Source of the DNA: Flavobacterium sp.
Lineage (GTDB): Bacteria > Bacteroidota > Bacteroidia > Flavobacteriales > Flavobacteriaceae
Direction: 5' to 3'
Assembly: GCA_031373195.1 (NCBI GenBank)
Contig: JANMML010000014.1
Coordinates: forward strand, 26,456-90,455
Length of the DNA stretch: 64,000 nucleotides
The notes beneath the pieces are model-generated. The model was not told the origin of the DNA. It saw only the letters and a list, made by a program, of their open reading frames with translations, and did no database searches. Position 1 is the first letter of the stretch; each line of letters starts with the position of its first letter. Position numbers and translations under genes: made by a program. This document shows, piece after piece, positions 37,859 to 47,391 of this stretch.

Positions 37859-39751
37859 ATGTGCGGATTTACAGGCTATTATAATTTTGATTCGAAAAAG
37901 GAAACCAGCAATAAGGCCATTCGTGAAATGCTTGCCATTCAGAAACATCGTGGACCAGACGATTCTGGGATTGTAGGTATTGATACTAAAGGCAATTCTT
38001 TCGAAGCCATTTCCATTTCCGAAGACAAGAACTTTACCACCGGCAGAGATCTTATTTTCGGATTCAATAGGTTGAGTATTTTAGATCTTTCGCCTATGGG
38101 GCACCAACCGATGGTGAGTCCAGATGAGCAAGTAATTTTGATGATGAACGGCGAAGTGTATAATGCATTCGATTATAAAGCTGATCTGGAAAGTAAAGGA
38201 CATCATTTCAAAAGCACTTCTGACACTGAGATTGTTTTGCATTTGTATTTAGAATACGGCATGGCGAAAATGATTATGATGCTCAACGGAATGTTTGCTT
38301 TGGCGATATATGATTTCCGATTAGAGACTTTGTATTTGGCACGCGATCGATTTGGAATAAAGCCACTTTACCTTTTAGAGGAAAAAGGGAGATTGGCGTT
38401 TGCCTCTGAAATGAAGAGTTTCAAAGCCCTGCCAAATTTCAAGTTTGAAGCAGATTTCGAAAAAATGGATGAGTTTTTACTATTCCGAAATGTCATCAAT
38501 AATACGTTATTTAAAAATATTACGAATTGTATTCCTGGAACTTATCTCGCGGTTAAGGATGGTAAGATTAACTCGCACAAATACTACGATATAAATACTG
38601 AAGGAAATCACCAGATTGGCCATGCAGAGAGCAAAGTATCATTAGAAAAAGCGTTGCAAAAAAGTGTGCATTCTCAGATGATTAGCGATGTCAAATTAGG
38701 CTGCCAGTTATCCGGTGGTGTTGATTCTTCTCTGGTAAGTTATTACGCTGCAAAGGCACTTAATCAAGGAAATCTTGAAACGATCTCCATTGTTTTCAAA
38801 GACCCAAAATTTTCGGAAGAAAAGTACATTGACATAGTTGCCGAACAACTGTCATTACAGGCTCATAAATTTGAAATGGAAGCCCAATACTATTTTGATG
38901 TACTGGAAAAAGCGATTTGGCATTTCGAGCAACCGATGAATCATCCCAATACCATTGGTATTTATTTGTTGAGTCAAGAAGCAAAAAAACATGTCACCGT
39001 TTTGTTAAGTGGTGAAGGTGCGGACGAATCACTAGCGGGCTATAGTCGATTTGTACGTGCGACGCAATTTCCTTTTTTTAGAAAAACATTTTTTAGTGCA
39101 TTAAAGAAAAATTTAAATAACATTTCCGAATTTCTAAGTTACTACCTCGATAGCAACAAACGCATGATTATGGAATCTGCCTTTGGTAGTTTGGAAACAG
39201 CCCATGCCCTTAAGTCTAATTTTAGTTTGCAAAATGCCATTCAAGATCGATGTGATGCCATCAAATCAATGAAAGGCGATACGATTTTGAAACAAAGAAA
39301 GTTCGAACTGTTGACTTACTTGCCTGATCTTTTGATGCGTCAAGATAAAATGTCGATGGCACATTCTATCGAAAATCGTGTTCCTTTTTTAGACAATGAA
39401 ATGGTCAGTACTTCACTCAATATATCCGGTGCAGATTTGGTCGGAAAGCATCATGGGAAAGACGAAGCCAAAGTGGTCTTGAAAGACATCTGTGCAGAAA
39501 AATTCGGAGAAAAATTTGCCTATCGGGAGAAAATGGGATTTGGAATTCCGCTGCGTGCCTTTATGTCGTCAGCCACTTTTCAAGAGAAGTGGAAAACACA
39601 AGTAGCACCTGGAATTCAAAAGCGTGGCCTATTTAAGATGGAAGCGCTTAACAGTTGGGTTGCTGCTATTTCGAAAGCAACACCAGAGCAACTGGATGCG
39701 ATTTGGCTCATGCTTGGATTCGAACTGTGGGCGCAACAATACTTAGATTAA
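37859..39751 (+). CDS. Asparagine synthase (glutamine-hydrolysing)-family amidotransferase (WbpS-like)
   Basis: MCGFTGYY gives the N-terminal nucleophile Cys2. The PP-loop SGGVDSS is present. 630 aa. Confidence 0.9.
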   Translation: MCGFTGYYNFDSKKETSNKAIREMLAIQKHRGPDDSGIVGIDTKGNSFEAISISEDKNFTTGRDLIFGFNRLSILDLSPMGHQPMVSPDEQVILMMNGEVYNAFDYKADLESKGHHFKSTSDTEIVLHLYLEYGMAKMIMMLNGMFALAIYDFRLETLYLARDRFGIKPLYLLEEKGRLAFASEMKSFKALPNFKFEADFEKMDEFLLFRNVINNTLFKNITNCIPGTYLAVKDGKINSHKYYDINTEGNHQIGHAESKVSLEKALQKSVHSQMISDVKLGCQLSGGVDSSLVSYYAAKALNQGNLETISIVFKDPKFSEEKYIDIVAEQLSLQAHKFEMEAQYYFDVLEKAIWHFEQPMNHPNTIGIYLLSQEAKKHVTVLLSGEGADESLAGYSRFVRATQFPFFRKTFFSALKKNLNNISEFLSYYLDSNKRMIMESAFGSLETAHALKSNFSLQNAIQDRCDAIKSMKGDTILKQRKFELLTYLPDLLMRQDKMSMAHSIENRVPFLDNEMVSTSLNISGADLVGKHHGKDEAKVVLKDICAEKFGEKFAYREKMGFGIPLRAFMSSATFQEKWKTQVAPGIQKRGLFKMEALNSWVAAISKATPEQLDAIWLMLGFELWAQQYLD

Positions 39752-39752
39752 T

Positions 39753-40766
39753 ATGATAGCAATTCACGATAATAATAGTCCAGTTTTGTTTCATTTTAGA
39801 TGGATTGACTACTGTCAAAAGAACAATATACCATTTAAATTAGTCAATTGCTATGCTACTGATATTGTACATCAACTCAAAGATTGTAAAGCATTGATGT
39901 GGCATTATCATCAAGCGGAACCATCGGATATTGTGATGGCAAAATCCTTACTCTTTTCGATGGAGCAAAGCGGGATGAAAGTGTTTCCTGATTTTAATAC
40001 CGCCTGGCATTTTGACGACAAAGTGGGGCAAAAATACTTATTAGAAGCGCTAGAAATTGATATTGTCAAGACTTGGGTTTTCTATAGTGAGAAAGTGGCT
40101 TTGGAATGGATTATGCACACCACTTTCCCGAAAGTTTTCAAACTCAGAGGTGGCGCAGGTTCTCAAAATGTGCAGCTCATACACTCTGCAGCACAAGCCA
40201 AGAAATTAGTTGATAAAGCATTTGGAAAAGGTTTTCCTGCCTACGATGGTTGGGAGAGTATCCAAGAAAGATATAGAAGATGGCGACTCGGCAAAACAGA
40301 TGCATTTGATGTCGTAAAAGGATTTGTACGTTTGGTAAAGCCACCGCGTTACGCCAGCGTGATAGGAAATGAAATGAATTACTTATATTTTCAAGAATTT
40401 ATTGCCAACAACGATTCTGATATTCGTATCGTTATCGTTGATGGGAAAGCATTTGGCATCAAGAGAATGAATCGCAAGGATGATTTTAGAGCGTCAGGAA
40501 GTGGTTTTATTATTTATGAGAAAGACGCCATCGACGAGCGCTTTGTACAAGTTTCTTTTGAATATCAAAAAAAATTAAAGGCACAATGCATCGCTTACGA
40601 TTATGTATTGGACGAAAAAAATCAGCCGTTGCTCATCGAAATAAGCTACGGATTTGCCAATGCTGGCTATGATGATTGTCCCGGATACTGGGATGAACAG
40701 TTGGTTTGGCATGAAGGTAAGTTTAATCCATACGGTTGGATGGTCGATCTAATTTTAAAAAGCTAA
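39753..40766 (+). CDS. ATP-grasp fold ligase
   Basis: Contains FPKVFKLRGGAGSQNV, IRIVIVDGKAFG, DFRASGSG and LLIEISYGF, a RimK-like layout. Confidence 0.6.
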   Translation: MIAIHDNNSPVLFHFRWIDYCQKNNIPFKLVNCYATDIVHQLKDCKALMWHYHQAEPSDIVMAKSLLFSMEQSGMKVFPDFNTAWHFDDKVGQKYLLEALEIDIVKTWVFYSEKVALEWIMHTTFPKVFKLRGGAGSQNVQLIHSAAQAKKLVDKAFGKGFPAYDGWESIQERYRRWRLGKTDAFDVVKGFVRLVKPPRYASVIGNEMNYLYFQEFIANNDSDIRIVIVDGKAFGIKRMNRKDDFRASGSGFIIYEKDAIDERFVQVSFEYQKKLKAQCIAYDYVLDEKNQPLLIEISYGFANAGYDDCPGYWDEQLVWHEGKFNPYGWMVDLILKS

Positions 40767-40767
40767 G

Positions 40768-41661
40768 ATGAATATATTAATCATAGGTTCTCGCGGGTTT
40801 ATCGGATTTCATGCGATGGAATATTTCAAGAACCATCAATTCACCGTTTTGGGTTGTGATGTAGTCACGGATTATGTCAGTAAAGACTATTTTCAAATTG
40901 ATGCCACCAATTCTGATTTTCATTCGCTATTTGAAAAACACCAATTCGATGCCTGCATCAATTGTTCCGGAGCGGCGAGTGTTGCGTTGTCTATAGAATT
41001 TCCATTAAAAGACTTTAATTTGAATACGCTAAACGTTTTTAAGATTTTAGAAGCGATTAGAACGTATCAGCCTTCGTGTAAATTCATCAATTTATCTAGT
41101 GCGGCAGTATATGGAAATCCAACGCACTTGCCAATCAATGAAAATGTTACACTGAAGCCACTATCGCCTTATGGAATTCACAAATTACAAGCGGAGCAAA
41201 TAGTCAAAGAGTTTTATGATTTCTATCAGGTGCCCACTTGTTCCTTGCGTATTTTTTCTGCGTACGGAAACGGACTGAGAAAACAACTGTTCTGGGATAT
41301 GTATCAGAAATTCTTGAATGCAGATGCGATTTCATTATACGGAACCGGAAAAGAAAGTAGAGATTTCATTCATGTAGATGACATCGTACGTGCTTTTCAC
41401 TTAGTCCTTGAAAACGGAAAATTTAATGGGGAGGCAACTAATATTGCCAATGGTGAAGAATTTACGATTGCATATGTATCTGAATTATTTAGAAGCAATT
41501 TCGAAGGGCAAAAAACAATTACGTTTAACAATCAAGTAAAGCAAGGCGATCCACTCAATTGGAGAGCCGATATTTCTTTATTGAAGTCTTTAGGATATCA
41601 GCAAACTGTGTCGCTTGAAGCCGGTATTCAAGAATACATCCGGTGGGTAAATTCCGTATAA
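40768..41661 (+). CDS. NAD-dependent epimerase/dehydratase (SDR)
   Basis: Contains ILIIGSRGFIGFH and the SPYGIHK (YxxxK) motif. Confidence 0.8.
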   Translation: MNILIIGSRGFIGFHAMEYFKNHQFTVLGCDVVTDYVSKDYFQIDATNSDFHSLFEKHQFDACINCSGAASVALSIEFPLKDFNLNTLNVFKILEAIRTYQPSCKFINLSSAAVYGNPTHLPINENVTLKPLSPYGIHKLQAEQIVKEFYDFYQVPTCSLRIFSAYGNGLRKQLFWDMYQKFLNADAISLYGTGKESRDFIHVDDIVRAFHLVLENGKFNGEATNIANGEEFTIAYVSELFRSNFEGQKTITFNNQVKQGDPLNWRADISLLKSLGYQQTVSLEAGIQEYIRWVNSV

Positions 41662-41670
41662 AACAAGAAC

Positions 41671-42759
41671 GTGAGCAATAGTAAGAAAGATATTTGTTTT
41701 GTGATACATTCCCTTCAAGCTGGAGGGATGGAGCGCGTGATGTCTGAACTTCTCAATTACTTTGCCGCAAGTAATCGCTACCATGTTCATTTAGTATTAT
41801 ACGGAATAAAGCGTGATGTATTCTATGACATTTCGAAAGACATTATTGTTTATCGTCCGTCATTTGAGTTTGACAATTCAAAGCGATTGCTTTCCACAAT
41901 CAAAACAAACTTTTTCTTAAGAAAAACAATACAGAAAATCAATCCAATTGCAGCGCTTTCTTTCGGTGAACGATGGAATAGTATGGTTTTATTAGCGCTT
42001 CTCGGGACGAAGGTTCCATTATACGTTTCCGATCGTGCGCAGCCAAATAAAAGCTTAGGGAAATTGCATGATGCTTTGCGCAAATGGTTGTATCCAAAAG
42101 CGAAAGGAATTGTAGTGCAAACGGAAAAGGCGTTGGCTATCTACAAAAAAATGTATGCTCATACTAATTTTAAAGTAATTGGAAATCCGATTCGGCAGAT
42201 TCCTGCGCAAGATCTTCCTCGAGAAAATGGCATTTTGATGGTGGGACGTTATATCAAATCGAAGCAGCAAGATGTCTTAATTGAGATTTTTTCAAAGTTG
42301 AATGCGCCTGATTGGAAGCTGGTGTTGGTAGGTTATGATCATTTAAAACAAAGTAACCAGGAAGAATGGGAGGCATTGGCCAAGAAGTTAAATGTGGCAG
42401 ATCGCGTTGTTTTTGCTGGAAAGCAAGCAGATGTTGAACGTTATTATTTATCGAGTAAGATTTTTGCTTTTTCCTCTGCTTCCGAAGGATTTCCTAATGT
42501 TGTTGGAGAAGCCATGTCAGCGGAGTTGCCTGTTGTTTCATTTGATTGTATTGCAGGTCCAAGCGACCTAATTATTAATGAAACCAATGGATTCTTGATA
42601 CCGCTTGGTGATAAAGAACTATTCATTGAAAAATTGCAGCTTCTTATTGACGATTTTAAACTCAGAGAAAAAATGGCAATAAAGTCAAAAGAGCTTATTC
42701 AAAAGTTTGAATTAAACTATATTTGCAACGAATTTGAAATTTTTTTGATTTCAAATTAG
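41671..42759 (+). CDS. GT4 glycosyltransferase
   Basis: Contains ICFVIHSLQAGGMERV and SSASEGFPNVVGEAMSAELPVV (EX7E). GTG start. Confidence 0.85.
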   Translation: MSNSKKDICFVIHSLQAGGMERVMSELLNYFAASNRYHVHLVLYGIKRDVFYDISKDIIVYRPSFEFDNSKRLLSTIKTNFFLRKTIQKINPIAALSFGERWNSMVLLALLGTKVPLYVSDRAQPNKSLGKLHDALRKWLYPKAKGIVVQTEKALAIYKKMYAHTNFKVIGNPIRQIPAQDLPRENGILMVGRYIKSKQQDVLIEIFSKLNAPDWKLVLVGYDHLKQSNQEEWEALAKKLNVADRVVFAGKQADVERYYLSSKIFAFSSASEGFPNVVGEAMSAELPVVSFDCIAGPSDLIINETNGFLIPLGDKELFIEKLQLLIDDFKLREKMAIKSKELIQKFELNYICNEFEIFLISN

Positions 42760-42772
42760 GGGACACGATATT

Positions 42773-43909
42773 ATGAATGAAAATAGATTTAGATTAGGAA
42801 TTCTTTTCAGTTTTGACCCCAGGTGGACTGGTGGATTAATCTATATTCTTAATGCAATCAAAATTCTAAATTTCCTTGATGACAAAGATTGTCCGACTGT
42901 TGTCATCATTTATAAACCAGAGCTGAAAGAGTTTTTGCGAGAAGTAAAATATCCTTATTTGGAACTTATAGAACACAGTTTTCCGTCGTTGGCCGAGGGT
43001 TATTTGAATTCTTTTTTAAAAAACAAGAATGTCTTTGTCCATGATTTAGTACTACAACATCAATTGAATGCTATTTTTCCGATGCATGACTATCCCGTAA
43101 AAAGTAAATTAGATGCTAAACTAGTTTCGTGGTATGCAGATTTACAACACTTGTATTATCCTGGTTTTTTTTCCAAAAGGCGCCTTCTAGAGCGAAAGAT
43201 TCGAATTAATTTGATTCTGAGAAATTCAAAGGACTTGGTGGTCTCTAGTGAGGCTGTCAGAGATGATTTCCTCAAATTTTTCAAAATCCCTTCAACGATA
43301 AAAATACATATTTACCGCTTTGTGTCAATTATTGACGGCTTACCATCAATGAATTCGAATGAAATCAAATCGAAGTACGGGTTGCCGGATAACTATTTTA
43401 TAGTAAGCAATCAGTTCCAAAAACATAAGAATCATTTGGTTGTTTTTGAGGCAGCTGCGGAGCTTCAAAAGAGGGGAATTCCTTTTCATATAGCTATAAC
43501 AGGGCGATTTCCAAGCGATCCGAATTCAGAATACCTGCGAGAATTGCATGATATTGTCAACCGCAATCAACTGGAGCAGTCAATTTCTTTCTTGGGATTG
43601 ATTCCTCGTGGTGACCAATTGCTACTAATGAAATATGCCAATGCGATTATTCAGCCAAGCTTGTTTGAAGGTTGGAGCACCGTAATTGAAGATGCAAAAT
43701 CACTGCAAGTCCCAGTAATTGCTGCTAATCTAAAAGTAAATATTGAACAATTGGCGGAAAAAGGAAGCTACTTCGATCCCCACAATAGTGCAGCATTAGC
43801 CATCATCATAGAACAATATCCGTCAAGAAATTACGAAGTCGCCATTTATGAATCCTATGACATTAGAATGAAAAAAGCGGCGTATGAATTTTTATCCGTT
43901 TTCAAATAA
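42773..43909 (+). CDS. GT-B (GT4-like) glycosyltransferase
   Basis: The C-domain motif PSLFEGWSTVIEDAKSLQVPVIA is present. Confidence 0.72.
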   Translation: MNENRFRLGILFSFDPRWTGGLIYILNAIKILNFLDDKDCPTVVIIYKPELKEFLREVKYPYLELIEHSFPSLAEGYLNSFLKNKNVFVHDLVLQHQLNAIFPMHDYPVKSKLDAKLVSWYADLQHLYYPGFFSKRRLLERKIRINLILRNSKDLVVSSEAVRDDFLKFFKIPSTIKIHIYRFVSIIDGLPSMNSNEIKSKYGLPDNYFIVSNQFQKHKNHLVVFEAAAELQKRGIPFHIAITGRFPSDPNSEYLRELHDIVNRNQLEQSISFLGLIPRGDQLLLMKYANAIIQPSLFEGWSTVIEDAKSLQVPVIAANLKVNIEQLAEKGSYFDPHNSAALAIIIEQYPSRNYEVAIYESYDIRMKKAAYEFLSVFK

Positions 43910-43918
43910 ATAATATCA

Positions 43919-44869
43919 ATGAATAAAACAACAAAAATATACGTTGCAGGACATACTGGAATGGTCGGTGGGGCAATTTGGTCTGCTCTAAAAACTGCGG
44001 GCTATAACAATTTAGTGGGAAAAAGTAGCAAGGAATTAGACCTGAGAAATCAAAACGCAGTATTGGAATTTTATGCCGCTGAAAAGCCAGAAATCGTTAT
44101 TGACGCCGCGGCTAGAGTGGGTGGCATATTGGCAAATAATGATTATCCATTTACTTTTTTAATGGAGAACATGCAAATTCAAAACAATTTGATTGATACT
44201 TCGCTAAAGCAAAACGTCGAGAAATTCATTTTCTTAGGCAGCTCGTGTATTTATCCTAAATTAGCATCGCAACCGCTGAAAGAAGAATGTTTGTTGACTT
44301 CTTCATTAGAGCCCACAAACGAATGGTATGCCATTGCAAAAATCTCTGGAGTGAAGAGTTGCGAGGCGATTCGAAAGCAATATGGGAAAGATTTTGTGAG
44401 TTTAATGCCAACCAATTTATATGGTCCGAATGATAATTTTGATTTGCAAACCTCTCACGTTCTACCGGCGATGATGCGTAAATTTCATGAAGCCAAAGAG
44501 AACAATCATGCGCCAGTGACTCTTTGGGGTTCGGGAACACCAATGCGAGAGTTTTTGCATGTGAAAGATTTGGCTGAAGCGGTTGTTTTTGCCATGGAAC
44601 ATCCGTTTGAGGAAAATTTATATAATATCGGGACCGGAGTTGATTTAACAATCAAATCGTTGGCTGAGTTAATACAAAAAACAGTGGGACACCAAGGCGA
44701 AATCATTTGGGACAGTTCAAAACCGGACGGTACGCCAAAAAAATTAATGGATGTTACTAAAATGAAAAATCAAGGTTGGAGTGCAAAAATTGCATTGGAA
44801 GATGGAATTCAATCGACCTACCAATGGTTTTTGGAACATGCAAATAACTATAAAGAAGTAAAAATTTAA
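43919..44869 (+). CDS. fcl: GDP-L-fucose synthase
   Basis: Contains IYVAGHTGMVGGAI, LGSSCIYPK and the YAIAK (YxxxK) motif. 316 aa. Confidence 0.92.
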   Translation: MNKTTKIYVAGHTGMVGGAIWSALKTAGYNNLVGKSSKELDLRNQNAVLEFYAAEKPEIVIDAAARVGGILANNDYPFTFLMENMQIQNNLIDTSLKQNVEKFIFLGSSCIYPKLASQPLKEECLLTSSLEPTNEWYAIAKISGVKSCEAIRKQYGKDFVSLMPTNLYGPNDNFDLQTSHVLPAMMRKFHEAKENNHAPVTLWGSGTPMREFLHVKDLAEAVVFAMEHPFEENLYNIGTGVDLTIKSLAELIQKTVGHQGEIIWDSSKPDGTPKKLMDVTKMKNQGWSAKIALEDGIQSTYQWFLEHANNYKEVKI

Positions 44870-44894
44870 TTAGAAATATATTAAACTAGAAGCA

Positions 44895-46043
44895 ATGAAA
44901 ACGGCATTAATTACAGGAATAACAGGTCAAGATGGTGCATATTTAGCAGAGCTATTACTTGAAAAAGGGTATATGGTTCATGGAATAAAAAGAAGATCGT
45001 CAATGTTTAATACGGCGCGTATCGATCATTTATATCAAGATCCACATGCCAAAGAAATTAGATTGAAATTACATTATGGTGATATGACTGATTCGATGAA
45101 TCTTACGCGAATTATTCAAGAAGTGCAACCAGATGAGATTTATAATTTGGCGGCGATGTCGCACGTAAAAGTGAGTTTTGATACTCCAGAATATACCGCG
45201 AATGCTGATGGAATAGGTACTTTAAGACTTTTAGAAGCCGTTCGACTGTTGGGGCTTCAAAAGAAAACAAAGATTTACCAAGCGTCTACTTCGGAATTGT
45301 ATGGCTTAGTACAAGCAGTTCCACAATCGGAAACGACTCCATTTTATCCACGTTCACCTTATGCAGTTGCAAAAATCTATGCCTATTGGATTACAGTTAA
45401 CTATAGAGAGGCCTATAATATGTTTGCTTGTAACGGAATTCTTTTTAATCACGAATCGCCCTTACGTGGGGAAACTTTCGTCACTCGAAAAATCACACGT
45501 GCCGTTGCCAAAATTGCTTTGGGACTTCAAAGTGATTTATTCATGGGTAACCTTGATGCACAAAGAGATTGGGGACATGCAAAAGATTATGTAGAAGCCA
45601 TGTGGAGAATCTTACAGCAAGACGTAGCAGAAGATTATGTAATTGCAACAGGTGTTACTACACGTGTTCGTGATTTTATAAAAATGGCATTTCAAGAAGT
45701 AGGTTTTACAATACGATTTGAAGGTGAAGGCGTCGATGAAAAAGGAATTTTGGAATCTATCGATCAAGAAGTATATCAAAAAGCTTTAGGGCACAACACT
45801 ACCGAATTTAAGATTCCGGCCATTGGTTCTGTTTTAGTAAAAGTAGATCCGGCCTATTTCAGACCTACTGAAGTAGATTTGTTGATTGGTGATCCAACAA
45901 AATCTAAAACAAAATTAGGATGGACTCCAAAATACGACTTGAAAATGTTGGTGGAAGAAATGGTCGCGATGGACGTATCTTTGTTTTTGAAGGACATTCA
46001 TTTGGTAAAAGGTGGACATAAAATATTGAAACAAGCGGAGTAA
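44895..46043 (+). CDS. gmd: GDP-mannose 4,6-dehydratase
   Basis: Contains [42 protein letters not shown] and [17 protein letters not shown]. Confidence 0.95.
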   Translation: MKTALITGITGQDGAYLAELLLEKGYMVHGIKRRSSMFNTARIDHLYQDPHAKEIRLKLHYGDMTDSMNLTRIIQEVQPDEIYNLAAMSHVKVSFDTPEYTANADGIGTLRLLEAVRLLGLQKKTKIYQASTSELYGLVQAVPQSETTPFYPRSPYAVAKIYAYWITVNYREAYNMFACNGILFNHESPLRGETFVTRKITRAVAKIALGLQSDLFMGNLDAQRDWGHAKDYVEAMWRILQQDVAEDYVIATGVTTRVRDFIKMAFQEVGFTIRFEGEGVDEKGILESIDQEVYQKALGHNTTEFKIPAIGSVLVKVDPAYFRPTEVDLLIGDPTKSKTKLGWTPKYDLKMLVEEMVAMDVSLFLKDIHLVKGGHKILKQAE

Positions 46044-46051
46044 TTTTTTTA

Positions 46052-46155
46052 AGAGCTATTCCCGCTATGCGCTTTATCTTTTTTGCTTCGTAACCTGCGG
46101 TCAAGATTCAATTTTTTTTAAGCAAAAAAGGATACCGCTGCTATCGGGGCTAAAA
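46052..46155. repeat. Intergenic repeat element, copy B (copy A is at 5556-5632)
   Basis: Same conserved ends as copy A. A 10-bp stem CTTTTTTGCT/AGCAAAAAAG (46078-46087 with 46121-46130) encloses a 33-nt variable insert. Confidence 0.6.
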
Positions 46156-46160
46156 ACCAC

Positions 46161-46192
46161 CCCGCCCTCCGGGCACCCCTCCAAAGGAGGGG
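46161..46192. other. GC-rich hairpin island (CCCCTCC-AAA-GGAGGGG) in otherwise AT-rich spacer
   Basis: A perfect 7-bp stem at 46176-46182 with 46186-46192, preceded by CCCGCCCTCCGGGC. No T-run follows on either strand. Confidence 0.5.
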
Positions 46193-46233
46193 AAGCAAAA
46201 CCAACAAAAAACAACATTCAACCCAAATAAGGT

Positions 46234-47391
46234 ATGAATAAAATTAAAGATAGAAAGATTGTTGTCGTCAATCAAGCGTCAAATTATCTCACTATTGGTT
46301 TTTGTAATGCTTTTTCAGAGCGATTTGAAACAGTTAGTTTGGTTACGGGAAGTGTTCATGTGCAAGGGGAAGAATTGAATGATTGCATTGAAATTACAAA
46401 AATCAATAAATGGGTAGAACGTCCAGCAAGCAAAAAATTCCTTTCTTATATTTTGGCTTGCGTCCGAATTTACTGGCTCTTATTGACAAAGTATCGAGGA
46501 TATGAAGTCTTTTTTGTCTCGATTCCACCCATGGGTTATTTATTAAATTTAATCCTTCTACATCGATTTAGCATGGTCATTTGGGATGTTTATCCAGATA
46601 TCTTTAAGATCACTGGGATGAAGGAAGATCATGCTTTGTATAAGATTTGGGCTGCGTTGAACCGAAAATCTTTCAAAAAAGCATTCAAACTTTTTACGAT
46701 TAGTGATAAGATGGCGGACTTGGTAGGCGCTTATGTTTCTCGATCCAAAATTATCATTCAACCCATCTGGTCGATTTTTCAACAGAACGAACGTGTTTCG
46801 AAAGACCAAAATAAGTTTATTAAACAACATCAATTAGAAGGTAAATTCATCGTTCAATATTCTGGAAACATTGGGTTAACGCACAAAGTTGAGGTTGTTG
46901 TGCAATTGGCGGAACTCTTGAAAGACAACGAAACCATACTTTTTCAAATCATTGGACGTGGCCCACGAGTTCCAGCACTTCAAAAAATGGTCGAAGAAAA
47001 GCAACTTCCAAATTGTACATTTCTTCCTTTTCAAACCGATGAAATGTTTCCTTTTTCCCTTTCTGCCACCGATTTGGGGATTGTGATTTTGGATGAATTG
47101 ACATCAAAAGGGAGTGTTCCCAGTAAATCCTATAATTTGATGAGCTATGGAATTCCCTCTTTATATATTGCCGGAGAAGACTCAGAATTACATTCTTATG
47201 CGAACAAATATGGTTATGCGAAATGTTATACGGAACGTGAACTAGAAAAAGCCAAGAACTTTATAGTTTCCTTGAGCACCGATAAACTGAAATGGCAAGA
47301 AATGTCTGAGAATGCGCTTCAAACTTCTACGTTATTTCGTCGCGACAATGCGGATAAATTTGTAGATATGTATCTAAAAAACAACCAATGA
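46234..47391 (+). CDS. GT4 glycosyltransferase (WcaI/WbuB-like)
   Basis: Contains KIVVVNQASNYLTIG and FIVQYSGNIGLTHKVE. The C-domain is a GT-B fold. Confidence 0.72.
   Translation: MNKIKDRKIVVVNQASNYLTIGFCNAFSERFETVSLVTGSVHVQGEELNDCIEITKINKWVERPASKKFLSYILACVRIYWLLLTKYRGYEVFFVSIPPMGYLLNLILLHRFSMVIWDVYPDIFKITGMKEDHALYKIWAALNRKSFKKAFKLFTISDKMADLVGAYVSRSKIIIQPIWSIFQQNERVSKDQNKFIKQHQLEGKFIVQYSGNIGLTHKVEVVVQLAELLKDNETILFQIIGRGPRVPALQKMVEEKQLPNCTFLPFQTDEMFPFSLSATDLGIVILDELTSKGSVPSKSYNLMSYGIPSLYIAGEDSELHSYANKYGYAKCYTERELEKAKNFIVSLSTDKLKWQEMSENALQTSTLFRRDNADKFVDMYLKNNQ

Noticed and set aside
46161-46192. GC-rich hairpin as the intrinsic terminator of gmd
   Set aside because: No U-run follows the stem on either strand, so it does not fit a canonical intrinsic terminator. 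It is kept only as a structural oddity.
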